A stretch of DNA of 64,000 bases from an uncultured Planctomycetales bacterium (GCA_964595465.1 CAZQQI010000005.1:9562-73561); one strand, 5' to 3'; numbered from the stretch's first letter, positions 20,706 through 30,511 are shown. The notes: a model not told the origin generated them from the letters alone. Program-made: numbers and translations.

Positions 20706-21125
20706 ATGCGTAAACGTACACTTGCCCGGGAATATTCTCTGCACGTCTTGTATCAGCAGGACATTACCCGCATGGAGATTCAGATTCTGTTGGATCAGCT
20801 GTGGGAGAGAGAGGATGGCGGAGACACGGAAATTACCGAGTTCACCCGGCGTCTTGTCCTGGGTGTTCAGCAGAATGTGGCGTCGCTTGATGAAAAGATC
20901 TCTCAATATGCCACCAACTGGCAGTTAAAGCGTATGGCGATCATTGACCGCAATATTCTGCGTCTGGGTCTGTACGAACTGCTGTACGCCGAAGATATCC
21001 CACCCAAAGTTTCGATCAATGAAGCCGTTGAACTGGCCAAAAAATTCGGCGACCTGGAATCCAGTAAATTCGTCAACGGCATTCTCGATAAAATTCATAA
21101 GACCGAGATCGCGCAGTCATCGTGA
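20706..21125 (+). CDS. nusB: Transcription antitermination factor NusB
   Basis: RTLARE, IDRNILR, INEAVELAKKFG, FVNGILD. Confidence 0.96.
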   Translation: MRKRTLAREYSLHVLYQQDITRMEIQILLDQLWEREDGGDTEITEFTRRLVLGVQQNVASLDEKISQYATNWQLKRMAIIDRNILRLGLYELLYAEDIPPKVSINEAVELAKKFGDLESSKFVNGILDKIHKTEIAQSS

Positions 21126-21973
21126 TTCAGCAACGCACCGCGGACCTTCATATTCATTCTTGTTTTTCGGACGGCACGGACACGCCTGAAGAGATTGTGG
21201 CCCTGGCCGCGGCCAAACAGCTGTCCGCTGTTGCCATTACGGATCATGATGCCATCGAAGGCCTCTCCGAGGCGAAGGCCGCCGGTGAGCGTCATCAGGT
21301 GGAGGTCCTGGCCGGGATCGAACTTTCCGCAGAAGCTCAAAAGCGTGAGATCCATATTCTGGGCTACGCTTTTGATCCGCAAAACCAGCAACTGCTGGGG
21401 CACCTTAACCGTTTCCGTGAGATCCGTCGGGAGCGGGGGCGGGAGATGATCAAGAAATTACGCGCCCTGGGATTAAGCCGGCTGGACTTTGACGAAATGG
21501 AACAGCAGCTCGGCGCGGATCAGGCCTTAGGCCGGCCGCATGTCGCGGCCATGCTGGTGGAAAAAGGATATGTCAAGACTACGGCTGAGGCCTTTGAACG
21601 TTTTATCGGAGAAGGCGGCGAAGGGTATGTTCCGAAATTCAAACAGTCGCCGCGGGAGGCCATCCGCGTGATCCGGGATGCCGGCGGGGTCGCGGTCATG
21701 GCCCATCCGATCGTGACCGCGCGGGATGAACTCATTCCGGGATTTGCCGCAGACGGACTGCAGGGGCTGGAGGTCTATTACCCGCGCAGTTCTCCGGCGG
21801 TGATCCGCTATTATGAACAGCTGGCGGACAAGTATGATCTGATCAGGACCGGCGGGTCCGATGCTCATGGCCGTTTTCGTAAGTACAGTCCCATCGGTAT
21901 GGTTCGTGTGGATTATCAGGCCGTGGAGCAGATCAAGCAGGCAGCGGAATACTCCGGCAGGAGGGAGTTATGA
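21122..21973 (+). CDS. PHP-domain metallophosphoesterase (TrpH/YciV-like)
   Basis: DLHIHS..SDG, AITDHD, GRPHVA, MAHP, TGGSDAHG. Confidence 0.9.
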   Translation: MIQQRTADLHIHSCFSDGTDTPEEIVALAAAKQLSAVAITDHDAIEGLSEAKAAGERHQVEVLAGIELSAEAQKREIHILGYAFDPQNQQLLGHLNRFREIRRERGREMIKKLRALGLSRLDFDEMEQQLGADQALGRPHVAAMLVEKGYVKTTAEAFERFIGEGGEGYVPKFKQSPREAIRVIRDAGGVAVMAHPIVTARDELIPGFAADGLQGLEVYYPRSSPAVIRYYEQLADKYDLIRTGGSDAHGRFRKYSPIGMVRVDYQAVEQIKQAAEYSGRREL

Positions 21974-23088
21974 GTCGGGAGCAAGATATTCATTACATGC
22001 AGAGGGCCCTGCAATTAGCGCAAAAAGGCCGGGGTCTAACGTCGCCCAATCCCATGGTCGGCTGTGTGATCGTGAACGATCACCGTATTATTGCCGAGGG
22101 CTGGCATCGCCGCTGCGGCGGGGCGCATGCCGAGGCGGCCGCCCTCGAACTGGCCAAAGACGCCGCCCGCAATGCCGTAATGTACGTGACCCTGGAGCCC
22201 TGCTGTCATGAAGGCCGGACCCCGCCGTGTGTTGACCGGGTGATCGCAAGCGGTGTGCGCCGGGTCGTATTGGGGTCCTGGGATCCGAACCCGCTTATCT
22301 CCGGGCGCTCCATCCGCAAACTGCGCCGCGCCGGGATCACTGTGACCACCGGCGTTCTGCGCGGTCAGGCACAGGCCCTTAATACTGCGTTTAACAAATA
22401 TATTGTGACCCGGACGCCTTACGTCACGATCAAGTGCGCCCAGAGCCTCGACGGCAAGATCGCCACAGCCTCAGGTCATTCCCAATGGATTACCAGTCAG
22501 TCCATGCGCCGGGAGACCCGCCGGATGCGCGCGCGTTATGACGCCATCCTGGTCGGAGTCAATACTGTGATCAAAGATGATCCGGTCTTGAACCCTGTTC
22601 CCCGCAAGACGCCCTGGACCAAGGTCGTCGTCGACAGCCGTCTGCGGATCAGCCCGCGGGCGAAGATCTTTCAGAATTCGCGCGTCATCGTGGCGGCCGT
22701 TAAAGGCGTGTCAGCACGGAAGATCCGCCGTGTTGAGCGCGCGGGCGCAGAAGTTGTTCTGACACCGGTGCGGCGTAACCGGGTGGATCTAAAATGGCTG
22801 ATGCGCTATCTGGGTGAGCGTGAGATCACTGATCTGCTGATCGAAGGCGGCGGCCAGGTCATCGGCAGTGCCCTGCGTGATCGCGTTGTCGATGAGGCAA
22901 TGTTTGTGATCGCTCCCAAGATCATCGGGGAGGCCTCGGCCCTGGACCCGGTCGTGGGCCTGCGCACTGCTGACGTCAACCGCACGATCACCCTAGCAAC
23001 GAAAAATATTATTTCGCGAGGCGGGGATATTCTGATATCCGGAATGATACGCTACGCCAAAGATAAGGACATGAAGGAAAGGAGCTGA
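21970..23088 (+). CDS. ribD: Bifunctional pyrimidine deaminase/reductase RibD
   Basis: PNPMVG, HAE, TLEPCCH..PPC, SLDGKIAT, EGG. Confidence 0.96.
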   Translation: MSREQDIHYMQRALQLAQKGRGLTSPNPMVGCVIVNDHRIIAEGWHRRCGGAHAEAAALELAKDAARNAVMYVTLEPCCHEGRTPPCVDRVIASGVRRVVLGSWDPNPLISGRSIRKLRRAGITVTTGVLRGQAQALNTAFNKYIVTRTPYVTIKCAQSLDGKIATASGHSQWITSQSMRRETRRMRARYDAILVGVNTVIKDDPVLNPVPRKTPWTKVVVDSRLRISPRAKIFQNSRVIVAAVKGVSARKIRRVERAGAEVVLTPVRRNRVDLKWLMRYLGEREITDLLIEGGGQVIGSALRDRVVDEAMFVIAPKIIGEASALDPVVGLRTADVNRTITLATKNIISRGGDILISGMIRYAKDKDMKERS

Positions 23089-23089
23089 A

Positions 23090-23692
23090 ATGTTTTCAGG
23101 AATTGTTGAAGAGGTGGGGACGGTCAAGGCTATCGACCGCAAAAAGAATCTGATCACTATGGATATCAAAGCTGACCGTGTCCTGCGCGGGGCCAAGCTC
23201 GGTGACAGCATTTCGGTCAACGGCGTGTGCCTGACCATTACGCGTTTGAATAAAAGGGTGGCCCGTTTTGACCTGATGAAAGAGACCCTGGACTCCACCA
23301 CTCTGGGCTGTGTTAAGTCCGGTTCGGCCGTCAACCTCGAACGCGCGCTCAAGGTCAGCGACCGCATCGGCGGCCATTTTGTCTCCGGGCATGTTGACGG
23401 TATGGGGGTGCTCAAGAAAAAGGTCACCATGGAGAATTATGTGGAGTGGCAGATCGCGGCTGACCGCAAAATTTTAAAATATCTTGCTCCCAAGGCCTCT
23501 GTCACCGTCGACGGTGTCAGCCTGACCATCGGGTGGGTCAAGAAGTCGCGCAAGCTGTTCTCGATTTACTTGATCCCGCATACCCTGGAGGTCACTACCT
23601 TCGGCCGTAAGCGCGTCAATCAGAAATTGAATCTGGAAACGGACATTTTGGCCAAATATATTATCCACGCGCGGGATTATTCTGAGGTCTAA
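23090..23692 (+). CDS. ribE: Riboflavin synthase alpha chain
   Basis: MFSGIV, SISVNGVCLT, VNLERAL, GGHFVSGHVD, NLETD. Confidence 0.96.
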   Translation: MFSGIVEEVGTVKAIDRKKNLITMDIKADRVLRGAKLGDSISVNGVCLTITRLNKRVARFDLMKETLDSTTLGCVKSGSAVNLERALKVSDRIGGHFVSGHVDGMGVLKKKVTMENYVEWQIAADRKILKYLAPKASVTVDGVSLTIGWVKKSRKLFSIYLIPHTLEVTTFGRKRVNQKLNLETDILAKYIIHARDYSEV

Positions 23693-23805
23693 AGTTCGGA
23701 TAAAGCTTGGTCAGGGGTAAGATTTTCTTTATAATACAGGAAGTAAAATCCTGCGTTAGAATTGAGATTTGTGTTTCGGACCGTGTGTCGATTTAAAGGA
23801 ATATT

Positions 23806-25041
23806 ATGAATAAGCGCATCGCTATCACAGGGTTAGGGGTCCTCGCCGGCAACGGCAAGGGCCGGGAAGAGTTTTGGCAAAGCCTGAAAGACGGGCGGCC
23901 GGGCTACCGTCCCATTACCTTGTTCGAAACCGACGAATTCAACGTCAATATCGCCGGAGAGATCCCGGAATTCGATGCCAAGGAATACATGGGCAAGAAG
24001 GGTCTGCGGACTCTGGACCGCAGTACCCGCATTCTGGTTTCAGCCAGTAAGCTGGCCATGGCCGAAAGCGGATACGGGATCACCGAAGAGAATACGGAAA
24101 TGACCGGCGTTTCGGTCGGCACCACCCTGGGCAGCCTCAAGAGCATTGCCGAATTCGACGAGATCACCCTGCGTGAAGGCCCGCGCTATGTTAACCCGTC
24201 TCATTTTCCTAATACCGTGATCAATTCTCCGGCCAGCCAGGTATCAATCTGGAATGATATCAAAGGTTTCTGCAATACCCTGGCCAGCGGGTTTACCACC
24301 AGCATTGACGCCATGCAGTACGCCGCGGATTTCATCGAATGGGACCGCGCCGAAATGGTCCTGGCCGGCGGGGTTGAGGAGCTCTGTCTGCAGACCTTTT
24401 ACGGGTTTCATGCCCTGCAGTTTATCTCCGGCTCTATAAATGGGGACGAGTTTATCAATTGCCCGTTCGACCGCCGGCGCAACGGCGTCACCTTCGGCGA
24501 AGGCGCCATGCTGATGGTCATGGAGGATTTTCAAAACGCGCGGGACCGCGGTGCCGACATCATGGCCGAGGTCGGCGGGTTCGGTTATGAATTCGACCCT
24601 TACCGTCTGCATAAATACAACCCCAAAGGCACCGGGATGAAGAACGCCATGCGCAAGGCCCTGGACGCAGCCGGGCTGACCATTGCAGACATTGACTGCA
24701 TTTTTGCTAACGCCAATTCCGCGCAAAACGCAGACCGCATTGAGGCGGCCGCGATTAAAGAGGTGTTCGGCGCTCAGGCAAAAAACGTTCCGGTGACAGC
24801 TACCAAATCTATGACCGGCGAATGCTACAGTGTCTCCGGGGCGTTGGCCGTGGCAGCGGCCCTGGGTGCGGTCCGGGAGGGGTTTATCCCTCCGACGATC
24901 AATTATCAGGAGCCGGACCCGGACTGCGATCTGAATATTATCGCCGACACAGTCAGTGATGCGGATTTAAAGAATGTTTTGATCAACAATTTTTCCCCCA
25001 GCGGGGCGAATGCCTGCATGGTCCTGCGGGCGGTTTCATAA
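23806..25041 (+). CDS. Ketosynthase-fold protein lacking the catalytic triad (chain-length-factor-like)
   Basis: FabF-like fold (ITGLG, PFDRRRNG..GEGA, IPPTIN) but Cys->Phe (ASGFTTS), His->Asn (FANANS), His->Glu (KSMTGE). Confidence 0.85.
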   Translation: MNKRIAITGLGVLAGNGKGREEFWQSLKDGRPGYRPITLFETDEFNVNIAGEIPEFDAKEYMGKKGLRTLDRSTRILVSASKLAMAESGYGITEENTEMTGVSVGTTLGSLKSIAEFDEITLREGPRYVNPSHFPNTVINSPASQVSIWNDIKGFCNTLASGFTTSIDAMQYAADFIEWDRAEMVLAGGVEELCLQTFYGFHALQFISGSINGDEFINCPFDRRRNGVTFGEGAMLMVMEDFQNARDRGADIMAEVGGFGYEFDPYRLHKYNPKGTGMKNAMRKALDAAGLTIADIDCIFANANSAQNADRIEAAAIKEVFGAQAKNVPVTATKSMTGECYSVSGALAVAAALGAVREGFIPPTINYQEPDPDCDLNIIADTVSDADLKNVLINNFSPSGANACMVLRAVS

Positions 25042-25089
25042 GTCGGGACAGACCCTGCTTATCTTCCACGGATTTTAAGGAGCAGTGTT

Positions 25090-25839
25090 ATGGCTGAATT
25101 CGAAGGAAAAGTTGCTTTAGTCACCGGAGGCTCGCGCGGTATCGGCAAGGCCATTGTGCGGATGCTTGCCCGGCAAGGCGCGTCCGTCGCGTTCAATTAT
25201 GTCCGCAGTCAGGGGCCGGCAGAAGAATTAGCCGCTGAGATCCGGGACAGCGGCGGGACGTGTTTGGTCCATCAGGTAGACGTGCAGGATTTCGACGCGG
25301 TCAAGGCCTGGACCGGCGAGGTCCAGCAGGAACTCGGCGGCCTGGATTTTGTCGTCAATAACGCCGGGATCACGGCCGACCGGCCGCTGATGATGATGAC
25401 TCCGGACGATTGGCATCGTGTGATCAATACCAATCTGACCGGCATGTTCCACACCACCCGCGCCTGTATCGTGCCTCTGCTCAAACAAAAGAGGGGGAAC
25501 GTGGTCAATATCTCTTCGGTCAGCGGTGTTATCGGCCTGCCGGGGCAGACCAATTATTCCGCGGCCAAAGGCGGCATGAACGCGTTCACCAAGGCCCTGG
25601 CACGGGAGACCGCGGCTTACGGCCTGCATGTCAACGCGGTCGCGCCCGGTTTTATCGAAACCGACATGATCCGCGACATGGACGAGGCCGCCCGGGAGAA
25701 GATCCTCAGCGAGATCCCTTTGTCGCGCCTGGGGTCGGCTGATGAGGTCGCCTCCTCTGTGCGTTTCCTCTTAAGTGAAGAATCGCATTACATTACCGGC
25801 CAGGTCCTGCAGATCGACGGCGGCCTGGCGATCCGTTAA
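25090..25839 (+). CDS. fabG: 3-oxoacyl-ACP reductase
   Basis: TGGSRGIG, NNAGIT, YSAAK, VAPGFIETDM. Confidence 0.9.
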   Translation: MAEFEGKVALVTGGSRGIGKAIVRMLARQGASVAFNYVRSQGPAEELAAEIRDSGGTCLVHQVDVQDFDAVKAWTGEVQQELGGLDFVVNNAGITADRPLMMMTPDDWHRVINTNLTGMFHTTRACIVPLLKQKRGNVVNISSVSGVIGLPGQTNYSAAKGGMNAFTKALARETAAYGLHVNAVAPGFIETDMIRDMDEAAREKILSEIPLSRLGSADEVASSVRFLLSEESHYITGQVLQIDGGLAIR

Positions 25840-25867
25840 ATGAATAGTCAATCGAAAGATTTTTTTT

Positions 25868-25985
25868 ATGAAGGGAGAACAATTCGCAATGCTCAGACAA
25901 CCTCGCTGCGCAGCTTATCTTAATAAACGATTTTTGTAACCTGCTTTGCTTCGGAACTGCGCTTGCTGAATGGTTCTCCTCTCAT
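25868..25985. repeat. Structured dispersed repeat, copy B
   Basis: Outer stem ATGAAGGGAGAAC/GTTCTCCTCTCAT; core matches copy A. Confidence 0.85.
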
Positions 25986-26022
25986 TTCAACTTTAAACGA
26001 ATATTTATCCGTGAATGATCCG

Positions 26023-26472
26023 ATGCCTTTAACACTTCCTCTAACCAATCAGGACATCCGCGGGATCATCCCGCATCGCTATCCATTCCTGCTGATCGAC
26101 CGGGTGACCGGGCTCGTCCCTGGCGAGACGCTCACGGCAGTCAAGAATGTCAGCGTCAACGAACAGTATTTTACCGGACATTTCCCGGACGAAAAGATCA
26201 TGCCCGGGGTGTTGATCATTGAGGCCATGGCTCAGGCCGGCTGTGTTTTTTTCTATTATTCTCAAAAAGACCCCGGTCCGGCCTTGATGTATTATTTGGG
26301 CAAAGTAACGGCGCGCTTTCTTCAGCCTGTGCGTCCCGGCGATCAGCTGATGATCCGGGTCGAGGCCGTGCGCATGATGGCCAATGGCGCTATCCTCAAG
26401 GCGGAGGCCTCGGTCGACGGCGTCCGCGTGTCTGCTGTTGAATTCACCTTAAGTATCCGTCCTGCCTTATGA
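26023..26472 (+). CDS. fabZ: Second FabZ-type dehydratase
   Basis: IPHRYPFLLID, GHFP, MPGVLIIEAMAQ, PVRPGD. Confidence 0.88.
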   Translation: MPLTLPLTNQDIRGIIPHRYPFLLIDRVTGLVPGETLTAVKNVSVNEQYFTGHFPDEKIMPGVLIIEAMAQAGCVFFYYSQKDPGPALMYYLGKVTARFLQPVRPGDQLMIRVEAVRMMANGAILKAEASVDGVRVSAVEFTLSIRPAL

Positions 26473-27749
26473 CAGCGCAAGACCACTGCAGATCGTCTGC
26501 TCAGAACAGAGCCGCGGACTATGACGTTATTGTTGTCGGCGCCGGCGCGGCCGGTATGATGGCTGCCATCCGCGCCGCGCAGATCGGCGCGCGGGTTCTT
26601 TTGCTGGAAAAAGGCCCTCGTCTTGGGCGCAAGGTCCGCATCACGGGTAAGGGCCGCTGTAATGTCACCAATGCCTGCGCGCGTGAAGAATTCATTAAAC
26701 GTTTTTTTCACAACGGAGATTTTCTGCGCGACGCGTTCAAGGCCTTTTCCAACCGGGACCTCATGCATTTTTTCGAGCAGCAGGGGGTGGCGCTGAAGGT
26801 CGAACGTCAGCAGAGGGTGTTCCCTCAAAGCGGACGCGCCGCCGATGTGGCTGCGGCATTGGAGACTGCGCTGGCAAAAAACAGCGTCGAGGTGCGTACC
26901 AACATAGCGGTCCGTGATGTTCTGGTTGACGGCAGAGTGCGGGGTGTGGTCCTGGACGGAGGAGAACATATCTTTGCGTCCGCTGTGATGATCGCGACAG
27001 GTGGACTGAGTTATCCGGAAACCGGTTCCACGGGAGACGGCTTGCTCATGGCCCGCAAGAGCGGTCACCGTATAACTCCTACCGGACCGGCCTTAACGTC
27101 ATTAGAGACCCGGCAGAAATATGTTAAGGAGTGGGAAGGGCTGACGCTCAAAAATATTCGTCTGATATTTGTTCACGGGCGTAAGCGGCAGGAGAGCGGA
27201 ATGGGCGAGCTGCTCTTTACCGCCCGCGGGGTTTCCGGTCCGTTGGTGGTCAGCGCCAGCGGCCAGGCCGGAGAGTGGCTGGAGCGCGGGCAAGCGGTCA
27301 GGCTCGAGATAGATCTTAAGCCCGCCCTGAGCGCTGATGATCTGGACGCACGCGTCCTGCGCGACATTGACGCCGCACCCCGACAGCGCATGAAAAATTT
27401 CTGCAGAGGGCTTCTGCCGCAGCGTATGATCGCGCGGTTCTTAAAGGAAGCCGGCGTTGATACGGACCTGCCGGCCAATCAGCTGACCGCTCATCAGCGC
27501 AGGAATGTCATTTGTAAGCTGAAAGGTTTGAGTTTCGATATAAAAAGTGTCGCTCCGCTGAAAACCGCCATGGTCACCCGCGGAGGAATAAGCGTGAGGG
27601 ATGTTGATCCCCGGACTATGCAGTCGCGCCGCGTCCCGGGGCTTTATTTCGCCGGCGAGGTTCTGGATGTGGACGGCGACACCGGCGGGTTTAACCTGCA
27701 GGCCGCGTTCTCGACCGGATTCCTGGCCGGACAATCCGCCGTGGGATAA
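26469..27749 (+). CDS. HI0933/BaiN-family flavoprotein
   Basis: GAGAAG, TGKGRCNVTN, TGGLSYPETGSTGDG, GEVLDVDGDTGGFNLQAAFSTG. Confidence 0.93.
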   Translation: MTAQDHCRSSAQNRAADYDVIVVGAGAAGMMAAIRAAQIGARVLLLEKGPRLGRKVRITGKGRCNVTNACAREEFIKRFFHNGDFLRDAFKAFSNRDLMHFFEQQGVALKVERQQRVFPQSGRAADVAAALETALAKNSVEVRTNIAVRDVLVDGRVRGVVLDGGEHIFASAVMIATGGLSYPETGSTGDGLLMARKSGHRITPTGPALTSLETRQKYVKEWEGLTLKNIRLIFVHGRKRQESGMGELLFTARGVSGPLVVSASGQAGEWLERGQAVRLEIDLKPALSADDLDARVLRDIDAAPRQRMKNFCRGLLPQRMIARFLKEAGVDTDLPANQLTAHQRRNVICKLKGLSFDIKSVAPLKTAMVTRGGISVRDVDPRTMQSRRVPGLYFAGEVLDVDGDTGGFNLQAAFSTGFLAGQSAVG

Positions 27750-27817
27750 AGGTGACGGGCACTTTTATTTTATCCCTCATCTCTAATTCTGAAAATAAAA
27801 GTGTCCGTCACCTTTAT
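27746..27817. repeat. REP/REPIN-like 26-bp inverted repeat pair
   Basis: ATAAAGGTGACGGGCACTTTTATTTT / AAAATAAAAGTGTCCGTCACCTTTAT with one mismatch and a 20-nt spacer. Confidence 0.8.
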
Positions 27818-27837
27818 ATTACTAAAGAAAGGTCCCT

Positions 27838-28185
27838 ATGACCGAACAACGCCAATACCCCCGCTTTCGTGTCAAGCTTCCGGTCACGATCGAATACGAC
27901 CGGGACGACGCATTTCAGCGCCTGACTTCGACGCTGGATGTCAGCGCCAGCGGAATCTGCGTGGTTTCGCCCGATCCTTTTGAGAAAGGCCAGTGCGTTC
28001 GGCTGATCATGCAGACCGACAAAGACCGTATCATCAGCCTGCCCGCCCATGTGATCTGGCAGCGCGAACGCCGCCTCAAAACCCGCACCGATTACCGGGT
28101 CGCCTTCAAACTCGTGGACATTATGGATGCTGAAGAGGTCGCCTTTGTCCGCACCATCAACCGCCAGCTGTATTCCTGCGAATAA
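27838..28185 (+). CDS. Stand-alone PilZ domain protein
   Basis: RQYPR (RxxxR) and DVSASG (DxSxxG) c-di-GMP motifs. Confidence 0.85.
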   Translation: MTEQRQYPRFRVKLPVTIEYDRDDAFQRLTSTLDVSASGICVVSPDPFEKGQCVRLIMQTDKDRIISLPAHVIWQRERRLKTRTDYRVAFKLVDIMDAEEVAFVRTINRQLYSCE

Positions 28186-28187
28186 TT

Positions 28188-28310
28188 GCATCTCGCATCT
28201 AGCATCTCGCAGCTTGAACTTGGCAGCTATCCACCATTCTCTATTTACGATTTACTATTTTCCAGACCCGAATACTAGCTGCTAAATGCGGGGAGCTAAC
28301 TGCAGGCTGC
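28188..28310. repeat. Inverted arrays of degenerate heptamer repeats
   Basis: GCATCTC-GCATCTA-GCATCTC-GCAGCTT... and reverse-complement-like units TAGCTGC-TAAATGC-..-TAACTGC-AGGCTGC. Confidence 0.65.
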
Positions 28311-28419
28311 TATTTATCCCCTTTATCCTTGTCTTTGTCCAAAATTTTGTTAAGATACTGCCGTTCACAATTGTCTCACAATCTTCACGCAGTGTTCAAC
28401 ATCAAGGAAAGGATCGGCA

Positions 28420-30120
28420 GTGAGCGGAAACTTTATTTTTCTGATGATGGGCGGTCTCGGATTTTTCTTTTTCGGCATGCGCACCATGTCCGAAGGGCTG
28501 AAACAGGTTGCCGGAGAAAGGCTTAAGAACTTTCTGCACATGGTTACCAAGGTCCCTATTGTGGGCGTCGCTGTCGGCACTCTGGTGACCCTGCTGATCC
28601 AGTCTTCCAGCGCTACCACGGTCATGGTCGTCGGATTTGTCAGCGCCGGCCTGCTGGCGCTCAAACAGGCCATCAGCGTGATCATCGGTGCCAATATCGG
28701 GACCACCTTTACCGCCTGGCTGGTCTCGTCCATGTCCGTCCTTAAAGTTACCCAATATGCTCTGCCCGCCGTGGGAGTCGGATTTCTGCTGATGACTTTC
28801 GGCAGGGGCCGCAGGATGAAGTTTTGGGGTGAGGTCCTGTTGGGCTTTGGCATGCTCTTTGTCGGTCTGGGGTTAATGAAAGACGCCTTTGACCCTTTGA
28901 AAGACAGCCAGCAGCTTAAAGATGTCCTGGTCATGTTCGCTCATAACCCTATTTTAGGGATCCTGGTCGGGGCAGTATTCACTGTGCTGCTGCAGAGTTC
29001 TTCGGCCACCATTGCTATTGTGCAGGTTCTGGCGTTCAAAGGGCTGATCCCGTTTTCTGCCGCTATTCCGGTCATCCTCGGGGAAAACATCGGGACCACG
29101 ATCACCGCCCAGATGGCGGCCGCCGGGTCCAATGTCACCGCCCGCCGCGCCGCGATGTCGCATACTCTATTTAATGTGATCGGTGTGTCCTACATGTTGA
29201 TTTTTGTGTATTTCGGCTGGTATGAACGGCTGGTGGATTTTATCGTCCCCGGTAAGATTACCCTCACCAATGTTATGTTTCATATCGCGGTCGCGCATTC
29301 TGTATTTAATGTTTTCAACGCCCTGGTTTTTCTGCCGTTTATCGGCTGGCTGGAAACGGCTAGTGTTTTTCTCGTGCGCCAGCGTAAAGGGGAGGAAGAA
29401 CTCAAGCCCCAGTATCTCGACAAACATCTGCTGGAGACCCCGGCTGTGGCACTGGAGCAGGTGCGAAATGAAACCCTGTATATGCTCAGCGTGGCCAAAA
29501 AATCTGTGACCGCCGCGGTCCGGGGCTTTCTGCACAGCAATGAAGCCCTGCTGACCAAGGCTGTGAAATATGAAAATGCCACGGATAACCTGCAGTCTGA
29601 GATCACACAGTATGTGATTGATCTTTCCCAGCAGGAGCTGGCGCCGGAAGAATCCCAGGAGATCCCCGTTCTCCTGCATAATGTTAATGATGCCGAACGG
29701 ATCGGGGACCATGCCCGCAATATCGCCGAGATCGCCCGCAACAGGATCGATGAAAAGATCGTTTTTTCGGACACGGCCATCGTTGAGCTGAAAGATATGT
29801 GGGCACAACTGCAGGCCCTCCTCGACGGCACCGCGCGTGTCTTTCAGGGTCAGGATGCCCGCGGCGCGGAAAAACTCCTTGAGGTGGAAAACCGTATCAA
29901 TGCACTGCAGATCCGGTTAAAAGAGACCCATATTGAACGGCTCAACTGCGGGGCCTGTGATCTGAAAGCCAATTTTATTTTTTTGGATTTCATCGACAAC
30001 ATGGAAAAGATCGGCGATCACTTGACGAATATTGTGCAAAGTGTTATAGGTAAGATGCAGTGGCGCGTTTATCAAAAAGCCGATCCTTCGGCCCAGCCGG
30101 CCCAGGAATCGGCGAGCTGA
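28420..30120 (+). CDS. Na+/Pi cotransporter with C-terminal PhoU domains
   Basis: Two QSSS/GANIGTT-type repeats, then ERIGDH and EKIGDH PhoU repeats. Confidence 0.93.
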   Translation: MSGNFIFLMMGGLGFFFFGMRTMSEGLKQVAGERLKNFLHMVTKVPIVGVAVGTLVTLLIQSSSATTVMVVGFVSAGLLALKQAISVIIGANIGTTFTAWLVSSMSVLKVTQYALPAVGVGFLLMTFGRGRRMKFWGEVLLGFGMLFVGLGLMKDAFDPLKDSQQLKDVLVMFAHNPILGILVGAVFTVLLQSSSATIAIVQVLAFKGLIPFSAAIPVILGENIGTTITAQMAAAGSNVTARRAAMSHTLFNVIGVSYMLIFVYFGWYERLVDFIVPGKITLTNVMFHIAVAHSVFNVFNALVFLPFIGWLETASVFLVRQRKGEEELKPQYLDKHLLETPAVALEQVRNETLYMLSVAKKSVTAAVRGFLHSNEALLTKAVKYENATDNLQSEITQYVIDLSQQELAPEESQEIPVLLHNVNDAERIGDHARNIAEIARNRIDEKIVFSDTAIVELKDMWAQLQALLDGTARVFQGQDARGAEKLLEVENRINALQIRLKETHIERLNCGACDLKANFIFLDFIDNMEKIGDHLTNIVQSVIGKMQWRVYQKADPSAQPAQESAS

Positions 30121-30133
30121 CCATGGAGCGGAT

Positions 30134-30511
30134 ATGTCCGGAAAGATCATTTTGGCGGTCGACGATGACCCGACGACCCTGAAGCTGTTGAACGCCCGTT
30201 TTCGTGAAGACGGTCATGATATCCGCACCGCAGAGACCGCCGGTGACGCGATCCGCCAGGCTAAGGAGTGCCCTCCGGATATTGTCATCATGGACCTCCT
30301 CTTGCCGGATATGCCCGGCGAAGAGGCCGTAGTTGAACTTCTTCAGATGTTTCCTTCCCGTGAAATGACTATCATTTTTCTCTCCGGGATCCTTTTGGCT
30401 GAAGACGGCGAAGGGGTCGAATCCCAGCAGGTCCGCGTCAAAGATGAATTTTATCCGGCAGTGGGCAAGCCCGTCAATTTTGAGCGCTTGATGTCCGTTC
30501 TGAATATTTAA
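30134..30511 (+). CDS. Single-domain response regulator
   Basis: AVDDD, IMDLLLPDMPG, FLSG, KP. Confidence 0.85.
   Translation: MSGKIILAVDDDPTTLKLLNARFREDGHDIRTAETAGDAIRQAKECPPDIVIMDLLLPDMPGEEAVVELLQMFPSREMTIIFLSGILLAEDGEGVESQQVRVKDEFYPAVGKPVNFERLMSVLNI

Noticed and set aside
17341-25985. Repeat copies A and B as CRISPR repeats or the ends of an 8.5-kb composite element
   Set aside because: They are diverged, not regularly spaced, have no cas genes nearby, and enclose core rib genes.
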